In this document: piece by piece, positions 1 to 8,482 of the stretch
How positions within the stretch are numbered: the stretch's first letter is position 1
How the letters are laid out: every line of letters starts with the position of its first letter
NCBI GenBank assembly: GCA_964518225.1
Contig: CAZFEZ010000001.1
Span: 1-24,322, forward strand
DNA length: 24,322 bases
DNA from: an uncultured Methanosarcinales archaeon
Lineage (GTDB): Archaea > Nanobdellota > Nanobdellia > Woesearchaeales > GW2011-AR4
Reading direction: 5' to 3'
The notes under the pieces: model-generated
What the model was told of the DNA's origin: nothing
What the model saw: the letters and a program-made list of their open reading frames with translations, nothing else
Database searches by the model: none
Position numbers and translations under genes: made by a program

Positions 1-472
1 AAAACAGCTGGAAAATCAGGATGAGCTGCATTTGGAAATAAAACCCGGTGCCTTTGAACTGCTCAGCAGGCGCTAAACCCCCAAGCATTACATATATTAT
101 GCTTTCAAATAGTATGAAGAATAATGAAAAGAATTTTTGGGTTCCCTGAAAACTCTTTTTGCCTTCCGGTGTTGCCAAGTCAAATTTCCATATCCCCGAG
201 CCGTTCAGGAGCTGCAAGACAATAGACGCTGTGACAATCGGGCCTATCCCCAACGATATCAATGAGCCGAATTCTGCCCCGAGGATTATAGACAGCGTCT
301 CGAACCTCTGCAGAGCATTAATTCCGAGCCCGAACAAAGGCATTAGCCCCAATACAAAGAATATGACTAAAACAATTGCCGTCCATTTCAGTTTCTCCCT
401 GAATGAAAGAGCCTTTTGGGTCGGTCCTTCTACTTCAGGAAGATTTGAGGTGATAGTTTGCCACAGAGACAT
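1..472 (-). CDS. secY: Preprotein translocase SecY, 5' part (runs off left window edge; not in ORF track)
   Basis: Manual translation from ATG at 472: MSLWQTITSNLPEVEGPTQKALSFREKLKWTAIVLVIFFVLG...LGIGPIVTASIVLQLLNGSG...; open to position 1; archaeal SecY motifs (LSFREKLKWT, LGIGPIVTASIVLQLL); canonical position after rpl15. Confidence 0.97.
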   Translation of the reverse strand, partial: MSLWQTITSNLPEVEGPTQKALSFREKLKWTAIVLVIFFVLGLMPLFGLGINALQRFETLSIILGAEFGSLISLGIGPIVTASIVLQLLNGSGIWKFDLATPEGKKSFQGTQKFFSLFFILFESIIYVMLGGLAPAEQFKGTGFYFQMQLILIFQLF

Positions 473-493
473 TTTGATAAAAAAATTTAATGA

Positions 494-501
494 TTTTTAA
501 A
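494..501 (-). promoter_or_regulatory. Possible internal TATA box (TTTAAAAA) for a leaderless secY transcript
   Basis: TTTAAAAA 21 nt upstream of the secY ATG in a 39-nt AT-rich spacer; the spacer is AT-rich throughout, so it may be chance. Confidence 0.3.
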
Positions 502-511
502 GCTATTCTGA

Positions 512-976
512 TTATCCCATTGCACTTGGTTCTGCCAATCCAATTACTTCCCCGCCAGCCGCCTTTACTTTTTCTATCGCCGATTTTGAGGCATACTGGG
601 CCTTTATCCTGAGCTTTGCAGATACTCTTCCGTCGCCAAGAAGCTTGTTATACCCGATTTTTTCCAGATCCACAACATAAACCCCATTTTCCTTGCTGAC
701 GAGTTTTTTCAGGACAAGATTGTCAATGTGCTGCCCGATATATCCGATATTGACTGGATTAATCTTGGCTTTTGGGGTCTTGCTCACGAAGCCATGCTTG
801 CCGAAATAATGCACATCCTTCCATATGCTTGGCTTTTTTGAGTCTGCCCTTTTTCCGGAGCCTGCCATTCCTGCCCCTCCCTGATGGCCCTTTCCGCGGT
901 GCTTTTTCTTTGCGCCCCATCCATGCGTTTTATGCCCGCGCTGCCTTTCGTTCTTCTTGCGCTTGTTGACTGTCAT
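512..976 (-). CDS. rpl15: 50S ribosomal protein uL15
   Basis: RGHKTHGWGAKKKHRGKGHQGGAGMAG, YFGKHGF, KLLGDG, ASKSAIEKVKAAGG motifs; synteny. Confidence 0.98.
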   Translation of the reverse strand: MTVNKRKKNERQRGHKTHGWGAKKKHRGKGHQGGAGMAGSGKRADSKKPSIWKDVHYFGKHGFVSKTPKAKINPVNIGYIGQHIDNLVLKKLVSKENGVYVVDLEKIGYNKLLGDGRVSAKLRIKAQYASKSAIEKVKAAGGEVIGLAEPSAMG

Positions 977-1434
977 TTCAAACCTCGAGCTTTTTCATAT
1001 TCTGAAACTAAGTACGATAAAACAGGTCTAGCCAGATCCAATGATTTAGCAAGTGTTTCGTCTGAAGATTCTACAACACTCTTGGATATTTTTTCCAATA
1101 TTGATAGATTATTAGATAGCCTACCTCTGCTTATACTAACTTCATCAAATTCTTGTATTAAATTATAATGTTCTAATTTTATGAACTGGGTAATTTCATC
1201 CGCACTCAAAATATTATTGATATATGATTTAAATAATTGATATTTTTGTTGTGATGGTTGCTCTTGATCATTGTAAACCATGGCAATTGAAGTTGATTCC
1301 ACATAATCTCTAAAATCTTTAATAATGATTCTTGCTAATCTACCGATAGTCATATTTCCTTGAGTATACCCAACAAATTCGCCTGCTAACTCGGAGATTG
1401 GCCTCCCACTAGGCTTTTTTTGAATGTTATACAT
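973..1434 (-). CDS. Hypothetical 153-aa protein inserted between rpl30 and rpl15
   Basis: Long ORF filling the whole gap; TGATG overlap with the rpl30 stop and ATGA overlap with the rpl15 start; hand-counted GC about 32%; no recognisable motif. Confidence 0.75.
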   Translation of the reverse strand: MYNIQKKPSGRPISELAGEFVGYTQGNMTIGRLARIIIKDFRDYVESTSIAMVYNDQEQPSQQKYQLFKSYINNILSADEITQFIKLEHYNLIQEFDEVSISRGRLSNNLSILEKISKSVVESSDETLAKSLDLARPVLSYLVSEYEKARGLK

Positions 1435-1880
1435 CAGACCATCCTCTTGATTAACTCGTTAATTTTATCTCCACGATAGCCCAAAGCGCCGCCCTGCTTG
1501 AATGAGTGCTTTATGCCTTTTCTTCCCAGTCCTTTTCTTGGGGCGTTTAACCTGAAATATTTTTTTATTTTCTTGTTGCTTACAAGAATGAAATCATTGT
1601 ATTTTATTTTCCCGCTTGAGTCTGCCTCTAAGCCCTTGAATTCCTCTCCTCTTTTTTCAACAAGAGTTTTAAATGTCTCATCGTCAATTTCTCCCCAGGT
1701 TATGTAATCTTTTGCTTTCTTGAGCATGCCCACGTAAACCGGATTGTTCGGCAAAACTGCGCAATAATTTGTTTTGAAAAGCCTCAGCATTTGAAGGGTG
1801 CTCTCTACCTTGCCATTTACGTTAATAAGCCCTCTCAGCCTTATCGCAGCGAGCCTTGAATTGTTTGATTCCATGTTCAT
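1434..1880 (-). CDS. rpl30: 50S ribosomal protein uL30 (archaeal long form)
   Basis: AAIRLRG...TLQMLRL...GMLKKAKDYITWGEID...FRLNAPRKG...GGALGYRGDKINELIKRM. Confidence 0.97.
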   Translation of the reverse strand: MNMESNNSRLAAIRLRGLINVNGKVESTLQMLRLFKTNYCAVLPNNPVYVGMLKKAKDYITWGEIDDETFKTLVEKRGEEFKGLEADSSGKIKYNDFILVSNKKIKKYFRLNAPRKGLGRKGIKHSFKQGGALGYRGDKINELIKRMV

Positions 1881-2770
1881 GCCTTGATCAATGCAGAGCC
1901 TTCCACAATGTGCAGCTTTTCAGCGTCTTTTTGGCTTATCTTAAACTGCATCAGTTCCCTTAAAGCGCCAAAGCATGCATACAGCAAGTTCAGCTTGCTC
2001 CTGCTCTGCCCTTCTGTCCTTGACCATACGTCTTTTATGCCTGCCATTTTCAAAACTTTCTGGCATTCTTTCTCAACTATGAGCCCAGTGCCTTTAGGAG
2101 CAGGCATCAATATTATTTCGACAGAGCCTGCTTTTCCGCTTACCTTGAACGGAACTGTATGCAGATCGCCGCATCCGCAGCGCCAGTTGCCACATCCCCT
2201 TCTGATTTTTATCATATTGAGCTTTGCCTGCCTTATTGCCTTCTCTCTTGCGGGGACTGTCTCTTTTGACTTTCCGTAACCCACCCCTACATATCCGTCT
2301 TCATTTCCAACAACTGCAAATGTTGCAAACTTCGGCTTGTTGCCTTCCTGGGTTTTCTTCTGGGTTTGCTTGAATATTCTTTTCTGGCCGCCTCCAAATT
2401 TTCCTTTTGCCTGGCCTACCATCAGTAAATCAGTTGCAAGATTAGGCATTAAAGCGTCAACAATCTCGGGCTCAAGTATTTTTATCCTCCTGTCCAGTAT
2501 GTAGTTTATGTCACTGATTTCGCCGTTCTTTATCTTCATGCCGAGCGACGTTTTTGGCTTCCACGCCTCTTTTTCAAAAGCTCCCTTCTTTTTGGCTTCC
2601 TCAACAATATGCTCCTCAAGCTCTTTAACCTCGCCAAGCTCGACGGCCAGCCCCTCTTTTGGCTTTTCTATTTCTATAACAGCCTCTTCTTCATGCAGCT
2701 CTTCCACTACACTTGCAATTTCTTCTTTTTCTTCCTTTTTTTCTGGTTCTGCTGTTTTTTTCTTAGGCAT
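1877..2770 (-). CDS. rps5: 30S ribosomal protein uS5 with long Glu/Lys-rich N-terminal extension
   Basis: WKPKTSLG, AVVGNEDGYVGVGYGK, RRGCGNWRCGCG, HTVPFKVSGKAGSV, PAPKGTGL motifs. Confidence 0.98.
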   Translation of the reverse strand: MPKKKTAEPEKKEEKEEIASVVEELHEEEAVIEIEKPKEGLAVELGEVKELEEHIVEEAKKKGAFEKEAWKPKTSLGMKIKNGEISDINYILDRRIKILEPEIVDALMPNLATDLLMVGQAKGKFGGGQKRIFKQTQKKTQEGNKPKFATFAVVGNEDGYVGVGYGKSKETVPAREKAIRQAKLNMIKIRRGCGNWRCGCGDLHTVPFKVSGKAGSVEIILMPAPKGTGLIVEKECQKVLKMAGIKDVWSRTEGQSRSKLNLLYACFGALRELMQFKISQKDAEKLHIVEGSALIKA

Positions 2771-3341
2771 TTATCTTGCTCCTTATTTCATTAAAGTGTT
2801 TTACAATATTCTCTGGGTTGATACCTTTTTTAAGATACGCGGAGAACTGCCTGCTGTATCTTTGGGCATCGCTCTTCAATGCACTTGCATGTTTGGCTAT
2901 ATGTTCTCCAGATATCCTGTCTTTTGACGGCAGTACCTCTGGATTAAGCGGGATTTTCAGCCCGGCGTCCACTGCTCCTGCAAGCGCGGCATACAGCCTT
3001 GAGCCTTTAGTTGACTGGCTAAATCCAACGTCAAGTATCGCTTCGCTGATGCCTTTCTCCAGCGCCTTTTTTCCGGCGGACATTCCAATCAGGTAAGCGC
3101 TTGGAACATTTCCATTGCCGCCTTTCCACCCTAATTTGTCCAATGTTTTTGCGCTGATTGTGAATATTGTCCTGTCACCTTTTGGGCTGTACTCGACTAT
3201 AGATGCCTGGAGATTTTTTAGCGACTTTCTTACAACAAGCCTGTGCTTGCTGGACATAAGTATCTTTAGCCTCTTCCTGTAATTAGTCCTTCCCTGCCGT
3301 TTTCTCCTGAACGGAATTGAAGAAATTTTAGCTTTTTTCAT
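2763..3341 (-). CDS. rpl18: 50S ribosomal protein uL18
   Basis: PFRRKRQGRTNYRKRLK, RLVVRKS, GNVPSAYLIG, LDVG, GSRLYAALAGAVDAGL. Confidence 0.98.
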   Translation of the reverse strand: MKKAKISSIPFRRKRQGRTNYRKRLKILMSSKHRLVVRKSLKNLQASIVEYSPKGDRTIFTISAKTLDKLGWKGGNGNVPSAYLIGMSAGKKALEKGISEAILDVGFSQSTKGSRLYAALAGAVDAGLKIPLNPEVLPSKDRISGEHIAKHASALKSDAQRYSRQFSAYLKKGINPENIVKHFNEIRSKINA

Positions 3342-3783
3342 TTTTTATTATGCCCTTCTCATTAGTGTAAAGTTTTAAGTGCCTGATGCTTCTGAAAAAT
3401 CCGCCTTTGCTTTTCATGTAAAGGTCATGGTAAGCGCCGCTTTCGATTGAGCCGCTGTCCCTCAGGGATTTTATATAGCTCCTCTGCAGCCTTATTTTGT
3501 TCATCCATGTCATTTTCGGGTTAAGCCTTGCTGTTTTCTTGCCCTTTCTTGAGCCGGATCCCTTCTGCCTGCCCCGGCTTTTTTGTTTTTTGTTCTTTCT
3601 GGCCCAGTACCTTGATGTATTCAGCAGTCTTTTTTTCGAAATTGCCCCTGAGTTTACCAGTGACCTTATGTCGCTATTTGTGATTGCCTCTTTTATTTCG
3701 TCGAGGCTGTCGGGGTCAAATTTAACCCTGTTCATGCCGCATTTCAGTATCTGCGCCGCTAATCTTCTTTGTACGCTGAACAT
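3328..3783 (-). CDS. rpl19e: 50S ribosomal protein eL19
   Basis: QRRLAAQILKCG.NRV, GSGSRKGKKTAR, WMNKIRLQR, LYMKSKGGFF. Confidence 0.98.
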   Translation of the reverse strand: MFSVQRRLAAQILKCGMNRVKFDPDSLDEIKEAITNSDIRSLVNSGAISKKRLLNTSRYWARKNKKQKSRGRQKGSGSRKGKKTARLNPKMTWMNKIRLQRSYIKSLRDSGSIESGAYHDLYMKSKGGFFRSIRHLKLYTNEKGIIKNEKS

Positions 3784-3784
3784 T

Positions 3785-4351
3785 TTAGACCCTTTTCATT
3801 AAAACCCTGTCCTTTTCTTTCTTTTCGGCCTCTTTTTTTGTTTCGCCGCCTGCGTCCTGTTGTTCCGCCTTTTTACCTTCAGTTTCCTTCGGCTTTTCCT
3901 TTGCTTCCTTCTTTGTTTCTTTTGCGGTTTTAGATTTTTTTAAGCTGAGCATATGCTCTATCTTCTTGATGTGCTCATCCGCATTTAAATTTAAGATGCT
4001 TATATTGAGCTCTTTTGCTTTCTTGAGCAGTCCGAGCCTTTTTTTAGACCCTACGCTTTTTGAGATTATAATCCCTTCTGCGCCGCTTTTTATTTTTGAT
4101 ATGTCCTCGAGGGAGGATACCCTGACAATTTTTAATCCTGAGGAATGAAGGCCCCTGACTTCCATTGGGGATTTGTAGCCCGGAGACGGCATTTTTCTTC
4201 TTCCCTTGAAATGATGCCTGATCTTGGAATGAATTCCTTTCGGCTTCCTCCACTTGTAGTTGAGCTTCATTCTTTTTGGATTGTCCTGCCTGATAAACTC
4301 CGGCTTTCTTTCCTTCAGGTCCTTTCTGATTTCCAAAAGCGTTTGGTTCAT
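3785..4351 (-). CDS. rpl32e: 50S ribosomal protein eL32 with charged C-terminal extension
   Basis: RKPEFIRQD, WRKPKGIHSK, MPSPGYKSP, RGLHSSG, VGSKKR. Confidence 0.96.
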   Translation of the reverse strand: MNQTLLEIRKDLKERKPEFIRQDNPKRMKLNYKWRKPKGIHSKIRHHFKGRRKMPSPGYKSPMEVRGLHSSGLKIVRVSSLEDISKIKSGAEGIIISKSVGSKKRLGLLKKAKELNISILNLNADEHIKKIEHMLSLKKSKTAKETKKEAKEKPKETEGKKAEQQDAGGETKKEAEKKEKDRVLMKRV

Positions 4352-4914
4352 TTTAATTCCCTGCCGTCTTTGTTTATTATGTAAATGCCGTCCTGAAAAA
4401 TGCGGTTATCATAGCCCGGCCTTCTCGTCAATTTTTCTATATCTGCGCTTACCTGGCCGGCAATTTCCTTGCTTGCGCTTGTAACATGGATTAAATCACC
4501 TTCAACCTTGATGACTGCGCCTTCCTTCAGCTGCAGAACCCTCGGCACTTTTTCCCCGAGAAGATTCTTAACAACGAGCTTGCCGCTGCTGACGCTTACA
4601 TTCATCGGGAAATGCCCTGAGCATATTTTTAGCGTGTAGTTATGATTCTGCAAGCTCCCGTTTATCATGTTCTTAAGGTGCGCCACCAGCGAGCCCGTGA
4701 TTTTTTTGTCTTCTTTTGTCTCTCTCTCCGACTCGAATGTGATTTTTTGGCCGTCAACCCTCACTGAAACATTGTGCTGCGTCAGTTCTCTTCTGGCTTC
4801 CCCTTTCGGGCCTTTGACCAGCAAAAATTTTCCGCTCACTGACGCGCTTACCCCGTCGGGCAAAGCTATCTCCTTTGTAATCTTCGCATTCCGCGCTGCT
4901 TTTGTTTTTTTCAT
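4348..4914 (-). CDS. rpl6: 50S ribosomal protein uL6
   Basis: VKGPKGE, HLKNMING, GHFPMNV, KNLLGEK, AGQVSADIE, DNRIFQDGIYI. Confidence 0.98.
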   Translation of the reverse strand: MKKTKAARNAKITKEIALPDGVSASVSGKFLLVKGPKGEARRELTQHNVSVRVDGQKITFESERETKEDKKITGSLVAHLKNMINGSLQNHNYTLKICSGHFPMNVSVSSGKLVVKNLLGEKVPRVLQLKEGAVIKVEGDLIHVTSASKEIAGQVSADIEKLTRRPGYDNRIFQDGIYIINKDGRELK

Positions 4915-5304
4915 TTAGTAGCAGTAAGCCAAAAGCCTTCCTCCTGTCTTTTTTGATTTGGCGTCATAATGGGTCATAATTCCGCCCGGCGTTGATACAA
5001 AAAGTATGCCAAGATCCTTTGCAGGAAGGTACCTTGCCTCAAATTTTTCAAAATCTGTGTTTTTAACGCTGTATCTTGGCTTTATGACTCCGCATTTGTT
5101 TATGCTTCCGAGCAGGCTGAGCTTTATGTAATTGCCCCTGCTATCCTCTATTTCCTTAAAATCCGCGATATACCCGTTTTCCTTCATAACTCTTAACAGC
5201 TCCTTGATTATCTTTGACACAGGCTTTATCAGGCATTCAGATCTTCCGATTGCCTCATTGTTCAATATCAAAGACATCATGTTTGCGAGTGGGTCGTTTA
5301 ACAT
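4915..5304 (-). CDS. rps8: 30S ribosomal protein uS8
   Basis: DPLAN, INKCGVIKPRY, FEARYLPAKDLGILFVSTPGGIMTH, GGRLLAYCY. Confidence 0.98.
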   Translation of the reverse strand: MLNDPLANMMSLILNNEAIGRSECLIKPVSKIIKELLRVMKENGYIADFKEIEDSRGNYIKLSLLGSINKCGVIKPRYSVKNTDFEKFEARYLPAKDLGILFVSTPGGIMTHYDAKSKKTGGRLLAYCY

Positions 5305-5312
5305 TTTTCACC

Positions 5313-5543
5313 TTAGCTGTATTTTTTAAATCCGAGACTTGTTGCTATTTCCCTAAAGCATGTCCTGCACAGCCCCAGGCTGTACTTGCTTATGTAGCCG
5401 CCGGGCCTGCCGCATCTTCTGCATTTTTTTGTTGCCCTGCCGTATTTTCTCTGCTTAGGGGCATTATGTTTTATGTATTTCTGCATCTTGACAGGCTTGC
5501 TTTTCAGCTGCTTGAATACTTTTCTGTAATTGCTGTATGTCAT
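5313..5543 (-). CDS. rps14: 30S ribosomal protein uS14 (Zn-finger type, N-terminally extended)
   Basis: CRRC...[19 protein letters not shown]; synteny between rpl5 and rps8. Confidence 0.96.
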   Translation of the reverse strand: MTYSNYRKVFKQLKSKPVKMQKYIKHNAPKQRKYGRATKKCRRCGRPGGYISKYSLGLCRTCFREIATSLGFKKYS

Positions 5544-5544
5544 A

Positions 5545-6057
5545 TCATTCTTCCTCTATGTTTATGCTGAAATTTTTTGCCATGAAGTCTATAGCCTCCT
5601 GTTTTGATATCCTGTGCCTCGGTGGCACTTTTCTCATCAGCAGCCTTCTTCTCTTGATTCTGAAGCCGGGCCTCTCAAGCGTGATGCATACCTCAAGGCC
5701 CATAATGCCTATCTTCGGGTCGTATTTTACGCCCGGAATGTCTATATATTCATGGATTCCGAATGCTATGTTTCCGTTATCATCAAACTGCCTCTGGCTC
5801 ATCTTCTTGTCTATTGCGTCCAGCAAGCGGGGGAGTATCTGTGCAGCTCTTCCTTTCCTTAATGTAATCTTGCACCCAATCGGCAGTCCGGGCCTCAGGC
5901 CCCATTCCTGTATCCTCTTGCTCGTTACTGTCCTTATTGGAGTTGCATTTCCTATTGCATTGAGCAGCACCAGGCTTTTTTCCAGTTTTGCCTGGTCTTT
6001 TCCCGCCCCTATGTTCAATGTGACTTTCTCGATTTTGATATCCTTCATTGAGCTCAT
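5545..6057 (-). CDS. rpl5: 50S ribosomal protein uL5
   Basis: [53 protein letters not shown]. Confidence 0.98.
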   Translation of the reverse strand: MSSMKDIKIEKVTLNIGAGKDQAKLEKSLVLLNAIGNATPIRTVTSKRIQEWGLRPGLPIGCKITLRKGRAAQILPRLLDAIDKKMSQRQFDDNGNIAFGIHEYIDIPGVKYDPKIGIMGLEVCITLERPGFRIKRRRLLMRKVPPRHRISKQEAIDFMAKNFSINIEEE

Positions 6058-6059
6058 CT

Positions 6060-6749
6060 TTATTCGACTGTAATCATTGGCTTTTCGCTGCCTATAACAA
6101 ATGCATATTTCTTTGATGTTTCTATCAGATTACCGCCCTGATCCTTGTAGGTTATTTTATTTTGAGTGATGTCCTCTATACTGCCGGTCTCGCCTATGTG
6201 CCTTCCGCCTATAAGGAATATCACGGATTTTTTCTCCAGCTTCAAGTGCTTGGCTATTTTCTGCTCAGGCAATGACAAAATAAGGGTGTCTCCGACTTTG
6301 TAAGCGCCGTTATCAACCAAAAGGTTTTTGCCGTCGTATAAGTTTAACTGCATCCTGCCGCCAACCATTGTCTTGCCGGTAATTTTGCAGGGCTTTACCA
6401 CAGCTTCGTCTTTATTTATCTTAACAAGGATCAGCTTGCCTTTTTTGTCCAGCATTACCCTGAAATGCTCATTTATATCCGTAAATTCTATTGTGTCAAA
6501 AAATCCCACCGGAAATCTGAAATCTTTTCTTGTAGTGCAGTCAATTTTTATGCCGCCGAGATTGAGGATTTTTTTAGCTTCCCTTGTAGTGTTTGCATAC
6601 CCAAATACTTCCTTAAGCAGCACGCCAAGAGGAATCCCGCTGCCTAAGCCGTGCGGGCCTGATGCTGGCTTTGTTATAAATTTGCGCTTCTTCCTGACGA
6701 TCTGCCATTTTTTTGGCGCTGCAAGCCTCTTTAAGTGGTCTTTGCCCAT
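6060..6749 (-). CDS. rps4e: 30S ribosomal protein eS4
   Basis: HLKRLAAPKKW, GPHG..SGIPLG, FPVGFFD, QLNLYDGKN, GGRHIG. Confidence 0.98.
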   Translation of the reverse strand: MGKDHLKRLAAPKKWQIVRKKRKFITKPASGPHGLGSGIPLGVLLKEVFGYANTTREAKKILNLGGIKIDCTTRKDFRFPVGFFDTIEFTDINEHFRVMLDKKGKLILVKINKDEAVVKPCKITGKTMVGGRMQLNLYDGKNLLVDNGAYKVGDTLILSLPEQKIAKHLKLEKKSVIFLIGGRHIGETGSIEDITQNKITYKDQGGNLIETSKKYAFVIGSEKPMITVE

Positions 6750-6750
6750 T

Positions 6751-7128
6751 TTATTTCCTCTCCAAAATCTTCTGCCTTAGCTTGTCATCGAGGTTCATCT
6801 CGGTTATCATTAAGTTTGAAGGATGCAGCCTGAGCAATTTCTTGGTTCCGTCTTTTTTTGCCGATTCTACGCCGCTGACAAGCACTCTTGTTCCTTTGAT
6901 GTCTATGCCCTCCACTTTGCCCTCGTGCTTCCTGAACTGGCCGCGCATGACTTTCACCTTGTCTCCTTTTCTCAGCCCCGTGCTTCTTTTGCCGTATTTT
7001 TTCCTTAAATCCTTTGAAAGGTGTGAATGCGATAATTTTTGCTTGATGTGGAGGGGAGCGCTTGACCTATACTTTCTCTGCTTTCGCGGCTTCGCGCTGC
7101 TTTTCCAAACTCTTGAAAAATGCTTCAT
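6751..7128 (-). CDS. rpl24: 50S ribosomal protein uL24 (start re-called to ATG 7128)
   Basis: SAKPRKQRKY, APLHIKQK, LRKKYG, GDKVKVMRGQF, HPSNLMI; the ORF-track start at 7173 overlaps rpl14. Confidence 0.96.
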   Translation of the reverse strand: MKHFSRVWKSSAKPRKQRKYRSSAPLHIKQKLSHSHLSKDLRKKYGKRSTGLRKGDKVKVMRGQFRKHEGKVEGIDIKGTRVLVSGVESAKKDGTKKLLRLHPSNLMITEMNLDDKLRQKILERK

Positions 7129-7133
7129 TTTAA

Positions 7134-7535
7134 TTATACAACTATGCTGGCTATTTTGGCTATGCCTGGCCACCTTTCACACGCCTCTTTTGCAATTGCG
7201 CCCTTGAAGATAGTGCCTTTTGGATTGCCCTTGTCGTCCTTCAAAACCACGGCTGAATTGTCTTCAAATTTTATCCTCATGCCGTCAGCCCTTCTGTATT
7301 CCTTCCTCTGCCGCACTATGACGGCAAAAACCACCTGTTTTCTCATATCGGGCTTGCCCCTTACAACAGATGCCATAACCAAGTCTCCAACGCCGCAGCT
7401 CTGTATCCTTCCCTTGACGGTATTCATGCCCCTGACAGTAAACACCCTGATTGTCTTTGCGCCTGAATTGTCACAAGTGTCAATCTTGCACCCAACCGGC
7501 AATGCCCTTGTCACCCTGGCTTTTAAAGGCTGCAT
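7134..7535 (-). CDS. rpl14: 50S ribosomal protein uL14
   Basis: CDNSGAK, GVGDLV, AVIVRQRKEYRRADG.RIKFEDNSAV, GNPKGT.FKG. Confidence 0.99.
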   Translation of the reverse strand: MQPLKARVTRALPVGCKIDTCDNSGAKTIRVFTVRGMNTVKGRIQSCGVGDLVMASVVRGKPDMRKQVVFAVIVRQRKEYRRADGMRIKFEDNSAVVLKDDKGNPKGTIFKGAIAKEACERWPGIAKIASIVV

Positions 7536-7961
7536 TTACTCCGCCTCGGGCTTTGGTTCTTCTTCCTTCTTTGCTGTAATTTTTGCAGATTCCCTTGCTT
7601 CCATCTTTCCCTTGAATCCCTTTTCCTCGCCCAGTCTCTGCACTACTACAAAATTTTTTGTCTTGCTTAACGGCCTGCATTCCATAACTCCCACAACATC
7701 CCCCTCCTTCGTGCCGATGCAGTCTGGGCTGTGGACCTTCAGCTTTGTCCTTCGCTTTTCGTATCTTTCATATTTTTTCAAAAAGTTAAGCCTTTCAAAT
7801 TCTATGACGGCAGTTTTTCTCATCTTAGTTGACACAACTGTTCCGACAAAACGCCTTCCCCTGACGCTTAAATTGCCGTGGAAAGGGCATTTGGCGTCAT
7901 TGCATTTATTTTTCGGGGTTTCCAAAGCGATTCCGATATTCCTTGATTCTGTTTTTGCCAT
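7536..7961 (-). CDS. rps17: 30S ribosomal protein uS17
   Basis: CNDAKCPFHGNLSVRGR, KKYERYEKR, HSPDC, ECRPLSKTKNFVV; SD-like AGGTGA upstream. Confidence 0.98.
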   Translation of the reverse strand: MAKTESRNIGIALETPKNKCNDAKCPFHGNLSVRGRRFVGTVVSTKMRKTAVIEFERLNFLKKYERYEKRRTKLKVHSPDCIGTKEGDVVGVMECRPLSKTKNFVVVQRLGEEKGFKGKMEARESAKITAKKEEEPKPEAE

Positions 7962-7973
7962 TTTTTTTGTGAT

Positions 7974-8282
7974 TCACCTGATTTCTACGCTGCTTGGCGC
8001 AAATCCGTACTTGATTAAAATGCCTTTTACCCTTTGCTTGTGCTCTCCCTGCAGCTCGATTTTCCCCTTCTTTATAGTGCCGCCGCATGCAAGCTCTGAT
8101 TTGAGCTTCTTTGCGAGATCCTTTAGGCCTATCTCCTTTTCGTCAATGCCTTCGACAATAGTATAATACTTGTTGAATTTTTTCCTCTCAAGATAGACCA
8201 AAATCTTCTGGCTTTCTTTTGCTATTGTCTCACAGACACACAGCTCTTTCACCAAGCCGCAAGTATTGCATATTTCACTCAT
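7974..8282 (-). CDS. sui1: Translation initiation factor aIF1 (SUI1 family)
   Basis: ICNTCGL.KELCVCE N-terminus, LKSELACGGT, IELQGEH; canonical position after rpl29. Confidence 0.96.
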   Translation of the reverse strand: MSEICNTCGLVKELCVCETIAKESQKILVYLERKKFNKYYTIVEGIDEKEIGLKDLAKKLKSELACGGTIKKGKIELQGEHKQRVKGILIKYGFAPSSVEIR

Positions 8283-8482
8283 TCCTTTTTACTTGCCTCC
8301 TTCTGCCTTTTTATGGTAAGTATCTTTGCGATTGTTCTTTTTGCCTGGCTGATCCTGCCGGAGCTCTTTGGCGCCGTGCCTGTTGCTATTTGCGAGTTTG
8401 CCTTCATCAGCTCCTTCTTCAGCTCTGTGATTTTGCTTTCCAAATCCAGTTCATTCATTATTCTTAGTTCCTTGGCTTTCAT
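8279..8482 (-). CDS. rpl29: 50S ribosomal protein uL29
   Basis: MKAKELR.M...L...ELKKEL...GRI...KRTIAKILT. Confidence 0.95.
   Translation of the reverse strand: MKAKELRIMNELDLESKITELKKELMKANSQIATGTAPKSSGRISQAKRTIAKILTIKRQKEASKKE

Noticed and set aside
159-500. 113-aa plus-strand ORF
   Set aside because: Antisense shadow of secY, which occupies 1-472 on the minus strand
1360-1390. ELAGEFVG in the inserted ORF as a LAGLIDADG homing-endonuclease motif
   Set aside because: Lacks the catalytic acidic residue and DG/EG ending; no second motif; resemblance superficial
2160-2200. Cys cluster in uS5 (CGNWRCGC) and CxxC N-terminus of aIF1
   Set aside because: Standard features of the archaeal orthologs
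7120-8166. 348-aa plus-strand ORF and the many other plus-strand ORFs across 772-13056
   Set aside because: Antisense to well-conserved r-protein genes; S/F/L-rich composition typical of reverse-complement frames; no motifs
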